Origin: Blastocladiella emersonii ATCC 22665
Lineage: Eukaryota; Fungi; Blastocladiomycota
Direction of reading: 5' to 3'
Assembly (NCBI GenBank): GCA_025594325.1
Contig: JANHCV010000001.1
Coordinates: 682,001-746,000 of the forward strand
DNA length: 64,000 bases
In this document: positions 22,475 to 33,242 of the stretch, one piece after another
Layout: each line of letters opens with the position of its first letter
How positions within the stretch are numbered: the stretch's first letter is position 1
Position numbers and translations under genes: made by a program
Notes under the pieces: model-generated
What the model saw: the letters and a program-made list of their open reading frames with translations, nothing else
Databases searched by the model: none
What the model was told of the DNA's origin: nothing

Positions 22475-24744
22475 CTACAAGACGCCAGGACGTTCCATCG
22501 CGTACTTGTTGGTGAACATGAGATCGCGCCGGAACCTGGGGCAAGCGAGCACGTCTGGGAAAGCGCGAATGATAAGAGCGGGAACCATGGTCGCGCCTTC
22601 TTCGATATGAATTTGGACAATGAACCGCGCGGAGGCTACTGGCACGAGTTGGGCGAGGGTCTCTGGACCGTCTTCCGCGTCAATCACAAGCCTCCATGCC
22701 CACAGCGGGGTCTCGGTCGACCAAAACATTCCGTGAAAAGCAAAGAAGCAGGGATCGCAGATGGCCAGTGTCTCGGTGAGCTCGTACAGGTCAAGCATCG
22801 CAGCAACGGTGGGAACCTGCCCGTTGAGAATGGTACGGCCGCAGTGTTTGAGCAGCGCCGCAATCTGGCGGGCACCTGGGCGTTTTTTAGTATCCCAAGC
22901 GTAGATGCGATGACGGAAACGCAAGGTCATGCGCTTCAGGCGAGAAAGGGCGTGAGTAAATTCCGGCTCGAGATCCTTGTTTGGCAGCAGAAAGTGAGAA
23001 TGAAGCTCGAAGCAACTTTCACCAATTGCGACAATGACCTGGAGCTGAATCTTGCGCGCTTCGTCGTCGTCGCCGTCCAGCTCACAAAGCGCCGCGTCAA
23101 ACGCGTCGTCAGAGAGCGCAATGAGATGATACGCAAGGACGCCATCACAATCGGCCGCATGAAATTTTGAGTCGTAAAGCTTGCGGCAAAGCAGTTGGCG
23201 GAAACAAGCTTGATCGAGCGGCGATTCGGGGCTCAAGGAAAATACAAGTGCTTCTCGAGTATGCACTGCAAAGTTGATCCCAACGACTTGGATCGGATCA
23301 ACACCAAGTGATTTGGCGGCAGCACACACGCCAATGCGAAGCGAGTTGGTTATCTCGCTAGGTCGTTTCTCGGCTAACGCTAAAGATGATGAAGGTGGAG
23401 GACGTTAGCTAGGGCAAGAAACGCGAGCAGCATGAAAGTACCTGAAGCCAAGCTTGTAAGGAGCTCCGCGGCAGGGACATATTGGCGCAAGTCGTTGACG
23501 AGCTCGTCGTGACGCTCGCCTCCAAGCAGGTGGGACAGCAGTCGCGACCAGTGTCGTGCGGTGAGCCATGAGAGCGCGGCGAAGCGTGGAACCAAGTGGT
23601 ACACTTGCGGCTCACGCGTAACGTGATCGACCATTTTCGCGGCCATTTCCTGTTGACGGTGTTTCTTGAACTCCAGGACTCGATGAGAGTCAAACGCGTC
23701 GAACAAGGCAGCGAACAGGTCGGCACTGGATCCAGCTTTCACGTACGAGGTGTACCTGATCGGCTCGCATGAAGGGATCGCGAGCCCGCGTTCAAGCAGC
23801 CAGTGCAGCATTTCGGGCACCACCCGCGCCGCGTCATGCTGGTGGCTCATGGAATTGAGAAAGATATTAGCAAAGCCCTCCTTGGAAAGCATGGTGATGA
23901 AGTCAGCTCGATTCACCTTGTAGGGTCCGTCCAAGATGCGCTGCAGCGCGTTGAGGTTCCAGCAGTTGAGCGCCGCAAGTGCCAGCGAGGCCGGAAAGGG
24001 GAAAGAAGCTTCGTAATGAGTGTAATGAGTGTAGGAGAGCGCGCAGCGCGTGAGCGGGTGTTCGGTAATCCAAGTACGCGTCCAAAGGGTAAGTGGGACG
24101 ACATCGTTGGTCGTGGATGGAAGTACGCGGACAAGACGGTCGAGACAGGCAATCATGTTGTCAACGTCGTTTGCGTGCAGGAAAAAGTAGGGTAAGACGA
24201 GGCCTTCGGCAACAGCACTCCAGCCGCGGCAGTATCGCGGCGGCGTAAACCAGTCTTCGTCTCCACACGAGTTGATCAGGAGGCTTCCGATCTGCCGGTG
24301 ACAGTAATGGGGAAGCTGGTACACGGCATCTAAGACTGGCGGTGTGAACGGATGCGTCGTGCGCGCGGTGATGACGTCGGGATGCTCGCCTCCACCAAGG
24401 CCAGGGGTCCCGTCACGGAGCGTGCCCGGGAAGCGCGTCTTGAGGTACCAAGCGAACGGGAATTGCCACTGCCGCACCGCGCTGCGCCAGTGGTCAAGGT
24501 CGGGTCCTGTATGGTAATAGTTGCGTCCCACGTCGCAGCTATTGGGAGCTACGTAAGCCTCGAAAGTGACGGCGTTGACCACGCGTTTGACCCACGGAAG
24601 CAGGACGACCGGCGAGCGGCTCGCGTCACACACGAGGCGAGCTGCAGAAACGAGCTCGCTGCGCGGACAAGCCTGGACGAGGACCTGTTTGACGAGTCCA
24701 AGTGGCAATGCATCAAATCTAAGCGTTTTTTCATTCGTTTCCAT
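22475..24744 (-). CDS. METNE-family copy 6, intact, 735 aa; exons 24744..23442 and 23379..22475
   Basis: Phase-1 intron 23380..23441 (GTACTT...GCTAAC...TTTAG) gives an in-frame join LAS-A-LAEKRPSEITNSLRIGVC. Confidence 0.8.
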
Positions 24745-24891
24745 CGTGTGCGAGTGGGTGAGAGGGGGGGAGAGAGCGTTCGAGGTCTCTCACACGTCAA
24801 GATCCGACCTGACCGCTTGCCTGCCCCTGTCTGACCTCTGCTTGCTTGCCCCTGTCCGACCACTGTCCGACATCCTCAAACTCCTCGCTAT

Positions 24892-26133
24892 CTATTCCAC
24901 ACCACCGCCGCCCGTCGCCGAATCACCCAACACGCCCGCATTCCACGCGATCGACCGCCCGCCCTGCGCCGAGACGCTGGCGACGACAACGGTCCGCCCG
25001 TTGGGCGCGACGACGCTTGTATGCACCGTGGCGTGGGGCGGGTGCCGTTCTCTCGTCGGCGACTGGCGCATGATCCCCGAGAAGGCGCGCAGGGTGCGCG
25101 ACGAGGCCATGAGCTTGCTGATGTTGCCCGCGAGGTTGAGGTTGGTGGCCTCGGGCGACGCGGGCCGGCGCGGGGTGGCGGACGGCGGCGGCGCGAAGGT
25201 GATGCGCTGGACGAGGTGCGCGCGCGGCGACGTCGACGGGCTCGGCTTGCGCGGAGGTAGGGCGGCGCGGAATAGGGCGATAGGCGACGAGCTGCGTGCC
25301 GGGCTGGTCGGAGTCGCGGTGGGCGAGCGGTCGTAGCGCGGCGACGTCGCGACGGCCGAATCGACGGCGAAGTGCGGCTCGACGACGGCGGCCATGGCAT
25401 CGGCAAGCGGTAGCGTGCGCGGGACGGGGACGGCGGGGCAGCCGCTGCGTCGGCGCTCGGGCGAGACGGCGGCGGGTGGGCTGATGGTAGCGGTGGGCCG
25501 ACCCGCGGGCGAGAGCGGGATGCGCGGCAGCCCCGGCGGCGGCGACGAGAAGGCGCGCGGTGCGGCCCACGACGGGCGGCGGGCCGTGTCGAGGGTCAGC
25601 GGGGTGCCCGATGCGCGGCGCGACGGTGGCGCCGAGGGCGGCGTGATGGGCGGGCTGCGCGCACGGCCGAGCGAGGCGAAGGTCGGCGGCGGGGTGAGCG
25701 GTGGTGGTGGCGCAGCAGCCGCGGGCTCCTCGAGGGCGCACTCATCGTCCTCGACCTCGATCGCGTCCTCGGCGAGCGTCGTCAGCGACGGCGCCGCGGA
25801 CCGCGCGGGGTCGTTGAGCGCGACGGCCGAGTCGACCGACTCCTCATCCCTCGCGACCGCGGCGGGAGCCGGAACTGCCGCCACCACCACCGTGTTGATA
25901 GCCGCGCCGCGGCGGAGCGCCTGATCGGCCCTGCGCTGCCACGCGGCGGCTGCGGCGGCGTGCTGCTCGCGCTTGGCAGCAGCCACGGCGGGGAGCTGAT
26001 CGAGGAGGTGCATGAGGCGGGCGCCCGATTCGGGGTGGGCGATGGCGAGGAGGCCAAGGAAGAGGGCGCCGGTGACGGAGAAGAGTGTCCACGCGAGACT
26101 AGGCCGTGCTTCGTGTTGCTGCGAGTGATCCAT
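24892..26133 (-). CDS. Hypothetical protein: N-terminal transmembrane helix followed by a Pro/Ser/Ala-rich disordered region
   Basis: Long GC3-rich ORF with hydrophobic 'LAWTLFSVTGALFLGLLAIA'. Start uncertain (26133 or 26235). No family recognised. Confidence 0.55.
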   Translation of the reverse strand: MDHSQQHEARPSLAWTLFSVTGALFLGLLAIAHPESGARLMHLLDQLPAVAAAKREQHAAAAAAWQRRADQALRRGAAINTVVVAAVPAPAAVARDEESVDSAVALNDPARSAAPSLTTLAEDAIEVEDDECALEEPAAAAPPPPLTPPPTFASLGRARSPPITPPSAPPSRRASGTPLTLDTARRPSWAAPRAFSSPPPGLPRIPLSPAGRPTATISPPAAVSPERRRSGCPAVPVPRTLPLADAMAAVVEPHFAVDSAVATSPRYDRSPTATPTSPARSSSPIALFRAALPPRKPSPSTSPRAHLVQRITFAPPPSATPRRPASPEATNLNLAGNISKLMASSRTLRAFSGIMRQSPTRERHPPHATVHTSVVAPNGRTVVVASVSAQGGRSIAWNAGVLGDSATGGGGVE

Positions 26134-26466
26134 GGCAGGGGCCCGCGGGCGGGGAGAGAAGGGGTAGAGGAGGAAGGGGGAGCGCTCGCCGCCGCGATCC
26201 AAGCGCGTGGTGGCGGCGGGCGGCGGCGGTGGCATTCTTGTTCCCGATTCGGCGGCTGGTTCATGCGGACAGCGAGGAACGGCGGCGGTGGTGGGGGAAA
26301 CTCTGCAGACACAGCATGAAGATTGGGCGGTGGCTTGGCTTGCGAGACGTTTCCATCTCGCGGCGAGAGACGCGTCGGTCAACCCGCGTGAGCGTGGGCG
26401 AGGTTCGTTGCGCCACGTGTGCGCCGCGCCGCCGCCTTCCTTCGCCTCTCCCCATCACTGCGCACC

Positions 26467-28937
26467 ATGGCCGCGACGATCAATGGAACTGAACCGCTAC
26501 TCGATGCAACGGGCGGCGCCGACGCCAAGCTGAGCGCCGCGGGCCCCGGCACTGCCCCCGGCGCCGACGACGACGCCTTCCTCGCGCCGTTCCTCGCCGA
26601 CGACTTTGACCCGGTCGCCTATGCGCGCGAGCTGCTCGGCAGCCCCGACGACGGCGAGGGGTATTCCGCCGATTCCGACGCCGATGCCGATACGGGAGCC
26701 GGGCCGTCGTCCCCGAAAGACAAGGCCAGCGACGACGAGGTCGAGCTGCGTCTCGCGCGGCTCGCCTTCACGTCGAGCGACCTGACGCGGCAGATCGAGC
26801 AGCTCGTCATCGACCACTTTGACGAGCTCGCGCGCTCCGTCGACGGCTACCTCGCCGCCGGCCACCGCGTCGCCGGCGTGCAGGCCGAGCTCGAGGCGCT
26901 CGCCAAGGACGCCCAGGCGTACGGCTGTTCTGACGCCTCTTGCATTTCAACGACTAACTCTGCCTGGTGTATAGATGGCGCGCCTCAGTCGCCGAACCGC
27001 GCGACGAACTCCGCGCCGTCCTCGCCGCGACGCGCGCGCACCGGGACCTGGCCTCGCTCGCGCGGGCGCTCGAGGCATACCTCGCCGCGTCCGAGATCCT
27101 CCCCGCGGTCGAACTCATCTCCTCGCCCACCACCGTCCCCGACGCCGACCTCCCGGCCCTCGCCGCGTCCGTCGCCGCGCTCCACGTCCTCGCCGCCGAA
27201 TCGGACCTGGCCGGCGTCGACGCGTTCGACGCGGCACACGCGAAAGCGACTGCCGCGCGGTCGGCCTTGCTGGCGCGGTGCAACGGGATGATCCACCCGC
27301 GCGACCCGCCGCGCGCGCGCACCGCGCTGGCGGGGCTCGCGGCGCTCGGGGTTTTGGGCGAGTGGCACGTCCTGCGCCGCGCCAAGGTCGCGTCGCGCAT
27401 CGATAACGAGGCGCGCGAGTTTCTCGAGGCGCTGGCGAGTGCCGAGCACCGGCACGCGCAGCTGCAGCAGGCGGCGGCCGCCGCCTCGGGCGGTGGGGTG
27501 AGCGCGTCAGGCTCGCGCGGCGACCTCCGCTCCGCGGGGCAGCAGCGGCGCGACTCGAACCCAGCCGCCGCGGCCGCGTGGACGCGCCTCGAGACGTGCC
27601 TGGACGTGGTCGCGACCGAAGCCAAGTTCCTGCGCGTGCTGCTGGGCTTCCACCCCGTCGACGGCGCGTGGGACGAGTTCTGGGCCGGCGTCACGACGAC
27701 CCTCGCCAAGCTGTTTACCGCGCCCGCTGCGACCCGCAGCAACATCCTCGGCGCCAACTACCCGCGGATCGTGCGCCTGCTGCGCGCGACCGAGTCGCGC
27801 TTTTCGGACGCCGGCGACCTAAACCTGGCGTCCGCCGCGGCCCCGCTCGCCGCTCCGTACCTCGCGCGCGTCGAGTCCGCGATCACGGACGCCGTTAACC
27901 TCGCGTTCCCGGCGCGCAACCCAGGGACCGCGCCGTCATCCCCGCACTACGCGCAGCTCGGCGCGACGCTCGCGTCGCACCTCTCCGCCGCGCGCGAGTC
28001 CGGCCTGCTGGACCCGACCGCGCGCCTCGTCGCGGCCGCGCTCGACACGCTAAGGCTGCGGTCGGCCGCGCACGTTGCGGACACGCTGGCGGTCGCGGGG
28101 GTCCCGAGCTCCGCCCCCACCGCGACGCCCGCGCAGGCCGCGGTGGCCGCGTCCGCGTCCGCCGTGTACGCCGCGTACGACGCGGTCGCGTCGACGGTCG
28201 ACGAGTCGGACCCCGCCCTGGCCCCCGTCGTCGCCGCGCTCGACGCGGTCCACGCGACGGCCGCGGCGCTCGCGGACGCGCTGATGCAAGCGGGCGTGGC
28301 GGCGGCGGACGCCGCGATCCTGTCCCCGCGGACCGCGGGCGACTGGGCGGGCGAGTTGGGGGTGCGGCTCAAGGCGACGCGCGACGTCGTGGCGCGGCTC
28401 CACTGCGGCGCCGACGGGGACGCGTGGCGCCGCGTGCTCGTCGAGACGCTCGCGGAGCATGTGGCGGCGTCGCTCGCGGTCGTCGTCGGGACGCAGATTG
28501 TGAAAGGAGGGAGTGGGGCCAAGGTGCGCTGGGTCAACGAGCTCGCGGGGATCGAGGCGCTCCTCGCGTCGCTCCTCCCGACCTCGGACGCCGAGGAATC
28601 GGGCCTGTGGACGCTGCCCGCATTCCGGCACATCGAGTCGCTCCGCGGCGCGGTGCTCGTCGACTGGCCCGCGCCGGGCGCCGCGGGGTCCGACGACGCG
28701 CGCGCGAGTTTCCGCGCGAGCCCCGTGGTCGCGGCCGTCGTGCTCGCCGGGATCGCAGCTCGTGGAACCCCGCTGTGGAAGCAGCGCCGCGAAACGCCGC
28801 GCGAGACGCTGGATTTCGTCCTGGACATGATCGATCTCGCTCAGGACGGCGGCGAGCTGCCGCGCGAAGTCGCCGAGTGGGTGCGCGGCGTGGGCGGCGG
28901 GGCGGGGGAGTGGTTGGACGCGGTCCAGGGCGAGTAG
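26467..28937 (+). CDS. COG5: Conserved oligomeric Golgi complex subunit 5; exons 26467..26918 and 26975..28937
   Basis: 'FLADDFDPVAYARELL', 'LARLAF..SDLTRQIEQLVIDHFDEL' and 'GANYPRIVRLL'. Intron 26919..26974 (GTACGG...GACTAAC...ATAG) is in frame. Confidence 0.75.
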
Positions 28938-29039
28938 TGATGGTTTTGATATCTAAACGGGTTTCTCTTGTTGAAGTGTGAAGGGTAGCGAGAGGCGCGC
29001 GCGCGGGGAGGGAGAGGGTAACCTGATGATAAATATATC

Positions 29040-29110
29040 GCGTGAGGGGGAGGGAGGGAGGAGCAAAAACGGGAGAGAGGAGAGGGAGAGGGAGAGGGAG
29101 AGGAGGGTGT
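29040..29110 (+). repeat. Polypurine (GGGAGA)n-like tract between the convergent COG5 and wc-1 3' ends
   Basis: GAGGGAGAGGGAGAGGGAGAGGAGGG and GGGGGAGGGAGGGAGG are visible directly. Confidence 0.6.
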
Positions 29111-29135
29111 AGTGTAGAAGACTCGAGGCCGGGCA

Positions 29136-32100
29136 TCAGTCGCCGCCTCTTGCGAGTGTAGACGACGACGACGCCTCGCCAGCGGCCCCGCCATCATTCG
29201 CCGACCCCGACGCGGCCGCCGCGGCCGCCGCCGCCGCCGCCGCTTGCGCGTTGCGCCCGCCGGTCCTGCGCTTCTTCCCGCGGCTTGCGGCGTCGAGCTC
29301 CTCGATCTCGGACCGGAGGCGACGGTTCTGGAGTCGTAGCTGGTGGAGCTCGTACTGCCACGACGTGCAGCGGACGGGCGAGAGGACGTCAAACAGGTCG
29401 TCGCTGTCGTCGACGACGGGGGTCGCGGGGAACGCCTGGATCTCTCCCGCCCCCGCGCCGAGGGCGGCCGCGTCGACAACGTCCGTGCACCGGTGCAGTG
29501 CGAACCGGACGTCGCCGGGGGTCGCGGCGTTGCCGGGGACAAACGACGACTGGACGAGCAGGTACTCGCCCTTCTTGTTCTTGATGCGGTGGGCGAGGGC
29601 GACGACGTTGGCGGCGCGGACGAGGTCGAGCGCGCGGCGGAGGCGCGGGAGGTCGTCGATGTGGACGAGGTCGAGGAGCGATTTCCCGACGAGCTCGGCG
29701 GCCGTGAACCCGACGAGCTGGTGCGCGTCCGTCGACACGTGCAGGAACAGGCCCTCAAGGGCGAGTTTCGCCCACATGTCGACGTCGTGGACGCCGCCGG
29801 CGCGGACCACGTCCTGGCGGTGCACGCGGACGACAGGCTTCTCGCGGCCCGTCAGGACCACGAACTTCTTCCCCTTGGACTTTTCGCCCTGCGTGCACTT
29901 GCCCGACACCTCCATCCACATGTACCCGGAGTGCTTGCGGCGGATCCGGTACACCATGTTGACCGGGTGCACGCCGTTGGACGACTCCTTGAGCTCGCGC
30001 ATCACCGACACGAGGTCGCCCGGGTGGCAGAACTCGGACAGCGACCGCCCGATCAGCTCGTCCTCGGCGTACTCGAGCACCCGCTGGCAGTCGCTCGACA
30101 CGTACAGGAGCACGCCGCGCAGGGACAGCACGTGCACAAAGTCCATCTGGTCGACCAGCGCGCGGTAGAACAGGTGCGCCGCGTACACGGGGTCGCGCTC
30201 GCCGACTAAATCGGTCACGTCCATGGCGAAATGGCCCGTCAGCGGCACACCGCCGACCGCCGTCGACACGGCGGTGCCCGACCCCGCGGGGCCTGCGGGG
30301 ATCACCGCACCCGACGCAACGGCCGCCGATGCGGGCCCGCTCGGCACCACGAGCGTCGCGGCGGGCGGGATCACGAGCGCGGGCGCCTCGTCGTACGGGC
30401 GGCGCGCCACTGGGTGCTGCTGCGCGTTGACAAACCGCGCCGACTGGTGCGCGGCGAGTGGTGGTCCGGCGAGCGGGCGCGCGCCGGCGGCGGCGGCAGC
30501 GGCAGATGCGGCACCGCCGAACGCGGACGTGGGGGCCGACGAGTTGATGGACCCGCCCGACACGTCACCGCCGCCCGCGGGGTACTCGGCGGCGTCGGGC
30601 GCGTACCCGCCAAACTCGTCGGTGCGCGCGGCCGCGTACTCGTCGCCGGCGCCGCCCTCGACACCGTCGACGTCCATGCCGGAGGCCGGCGGGAGGTACC
30701 CGGTGGCGCCACCGGCAGGGAGGTACCCCGCCGCAGCCCCTCCACCGCCGCCGGGATCGTTATCGGTGACGACGCGCGGGACGTGGACGGGCGCGTCAGC
30801 GATCTGGTAGTTGACGACGTAGGTCCCGTCGCGCATGCGCTGCATGATGGCGTTGGGCTGCTCGACGAGGTCGACCTGGAACCCGACAAAGTAGGCAATC
30901 TCGTCGTCGCGGTCCCACGCGATCGGGATGATGGTGATCAGGTTGATGAACGGCTCGCCGCCCTTGCGGTAGTTGATGAGCGTGAACTGGCACTCGCGGC
31001 GCGCGTCGAGCGCCGATTTCAGGCTGGCCACGGTCGCGTTGTCCGTGTACCGGCGGTGCGACTTTTCGTTGACGAGCCCGTCGGGCGACTGCAGGAACCG
31101 GCAGTTGCGCCCGATGCAGTCGACGGCCGAGTACCCCGTCAGCCGCTCGAACGTCTCCGAGACGTAGAGGATCGGCTGGTCCGGTTTCCGCGCGTCGCTC
31201 ACGACAAACGAGCACGACATGTCGACGGGGCCAATCGACACTTGCGGGTTCGGCCGCGTCGCGACGCGCGCGAGGACGCCCATGATGTCGAACCCCGTCG
31301 CCGAGTAGAGACCGGGCACGGAGGTCCGCGGGTTCGGCGGAGGCGGAGGCGGCGGCGGTGGGGCGGGCTGCGCGGCACCGGCTCTGCGCCGTGTCGCAGC
31401 AGCAGAAGTCGCAGCGGGCGCCGGCGCACTCCGCGGCGCGAGCGCGTCGACGGGCCGCACGCCGAACGGCGCCGCGGTCGTGACGGCGCCGAGGTCGGGC
31501 CGCGCGCCGCCCGCAGCCGATGACGAGGACGGCGGTGGCGGAGCAGGCCGTGCGCGCATGACGGCGGCGGAAGATTCGAGGCCGACGGGCGCGGCCCAGG
31601 TCGGGTCGACGCCGCGCAGGGCCGGGTTGGCAGCGGGCGCCGCGGCGGCCGCGACGCCGGACCGGACGTGGCGCGCGAACGCGGACGCGGCGGCGGCAGC
31701 CGCGGTTGTCGGCGGCGCGCCGAGGTCGAGCGGGTACGTCGCCGCTGAAGGCATGGAGTAGGGCGGCGACGTAGTTGTTGGCGGGTGTTGTGGCGCCGTC
31801 GGCGGGAACGCGGGTCCGACGGGCGAGATCCCCTCAGTCCCAAGCTCGCCCGCCTGCTGGAGCTGCTGCTGCTGCTGCTGTTGCTGGAGCAGGAGCTGGC
31901 GCTGGGCAATGACGGCCTGGCGCGACACGGACGCGGGCGGGAGCGAGGTGAAGATGGGGATGGCGGCGCGGGGCGCCGTGTTGCGGGTGCCGAGCGGGAG
32001 CACGGCGGCGAGGTCGGCTGCCGCATCCCCAGACGCCGCGGGCACGGTGGAGGTGGCGGGTGGCGGCGGGGTGGCCATGAAGTCGAGGTCCCACGGCTCG

Positions 32101-32574
32101 ACGTCGAGGTCGGCGTTGGCGGCGAGCAGGACCGACGGGTCGTACGCGGCGGCGAGCGACGCGGCGGTTGCAGCGGCCTGGGCGGCGGAGGCCGGGTTGG
32201 GCACGCGCGGGGCGGGGCTACAAAGTCGTAAAGAGTCAGCCGCAAGCCGAACGCGCGAACACGAGAAGGTGAGCGTACCCCGGCGCAGATCCCGGCGGGA
32301 CGCGGTAGTACCCGGCCGCAGCAGCCGCCGCCGCCGCCGCCGCCGCCGCCGCGGCCGAGGCGTGCGGGTCGACGTCAGCGGCGGCGCCGGCGGGGCCGTA
32401 GCCGGGCGGTGGCGGTGGGGGCGGTGGGGCCATGGCGGGGCGGTGGTGCAGCGCGGCGGCGGCGGGATTCCGCGCGGCCGTGGGCGACGCGAGTTGTGAC
32501 GACGATGTTGTCGAGGCGGCGGCAGCAGCAGGGTCGTCGCGGTAGACGAGGTGCGGTTGCATGGTGCGTTGCAT
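29136..32574 (-). CDS. wc-1: White collar-1-like blue-light photoreceptor (LOV-PAS-PAS, polyQ, no GATA zinc finger); exons 32574..32279 and 32217..29136
   Basis: 'YSATGFDIMGVLARVATRPNPQV.IGPVDMSCSFVV', 'GRNCRFLQ' (31089..31112), 'INYRKGGEPFINL', 'YFVGFQVDLVEQP', two further PAS domains and 'SWQYELHQL'. Intron 32218..32278 (GTACGC...CTGAC...TGTAG) is in frame. Confidence 0.92.
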
Positions 32575-33242
32575 GCAGTGCGGGCGGGGGTGGGCGCCGA
32601 GTGCGAGTCGCGTACGAGGGTTGCAGCGAAGCGGAGAGGCGAGGGGAGAGGGGCCAGGTGGGGCAGACTGAGGGGGAGGGTTGGGAGTTGAAGGGGAGGA
32701 GCGCCCCGTGGAGCGGCGGCGGGCGCGCAGGCGAACGAGCGAACGGGCGGGCGCGGGCGGAGTGATCGCTGCCGGCCGACGAGTTTGCTCGGCTCGCAGC
32801 ACTCAACAGGCGTCCGCGTGGCCGGAGCGCCGAATTAGAACGCAATCGCGATACGCGGGGCGGTCGGGGCAGCGGGAGAGGGCGAGGCGAGGGGCGGTGC
32901 GTAACAATCGAGGGCGCGGCGCTGGCACAATCTTCTTTCCCACGGGCGCAGGAGGAGCGAATTAGGTGCACCGGCTGGCGGAAAACAAGCTCGCGAGCAA
33001 GGGGAGGGAAACGCGAGCAGCAGCGGAAGCCGAGCCGGCCCGCGCCCGCGCTCACCTGACCGCGTGTGTGCGCCGCCCCACACGTGGGCGCGCCCTGTCT
33101 CCTGCGCGAGACGCGTCGCGCGCGTTTGCCGGCAAGCGCTTGCCCTTGCCTCGCTTCGCGTCGATGTGATGCATGCCCTGATCCCTTCCACACCGCCCAC
33201 TTCGTTAGAAGCGCTACTATATATATCCATCTCGCCAACAAC

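Noticed and set aside
14353-23329. 'LGxDP' ORFs as an independent gene family forming two-gene, toxin-antitoxin-like pairs with the METNE ORFs
   Set aside because: They lack their own ATG (GTG/TTG starts in the track) and are joined in frame to the upstream ORF by canonical introns in all three intact units.
9329-24744. CRISPR-like or other prokaryotic defence array
   Set aside because: The repeats are protein-coding paralogs or ankyrin units. There are no constant repeats with unique spacers, and the DNA is eukaryotic with spliceosomal introns.
32320-32352. (GCC)n trinucleotide run
   Set aside because: Encodes a poly-Ala tract in wc-1 exon 1; ordinary low complexity for this GC-rich genome.
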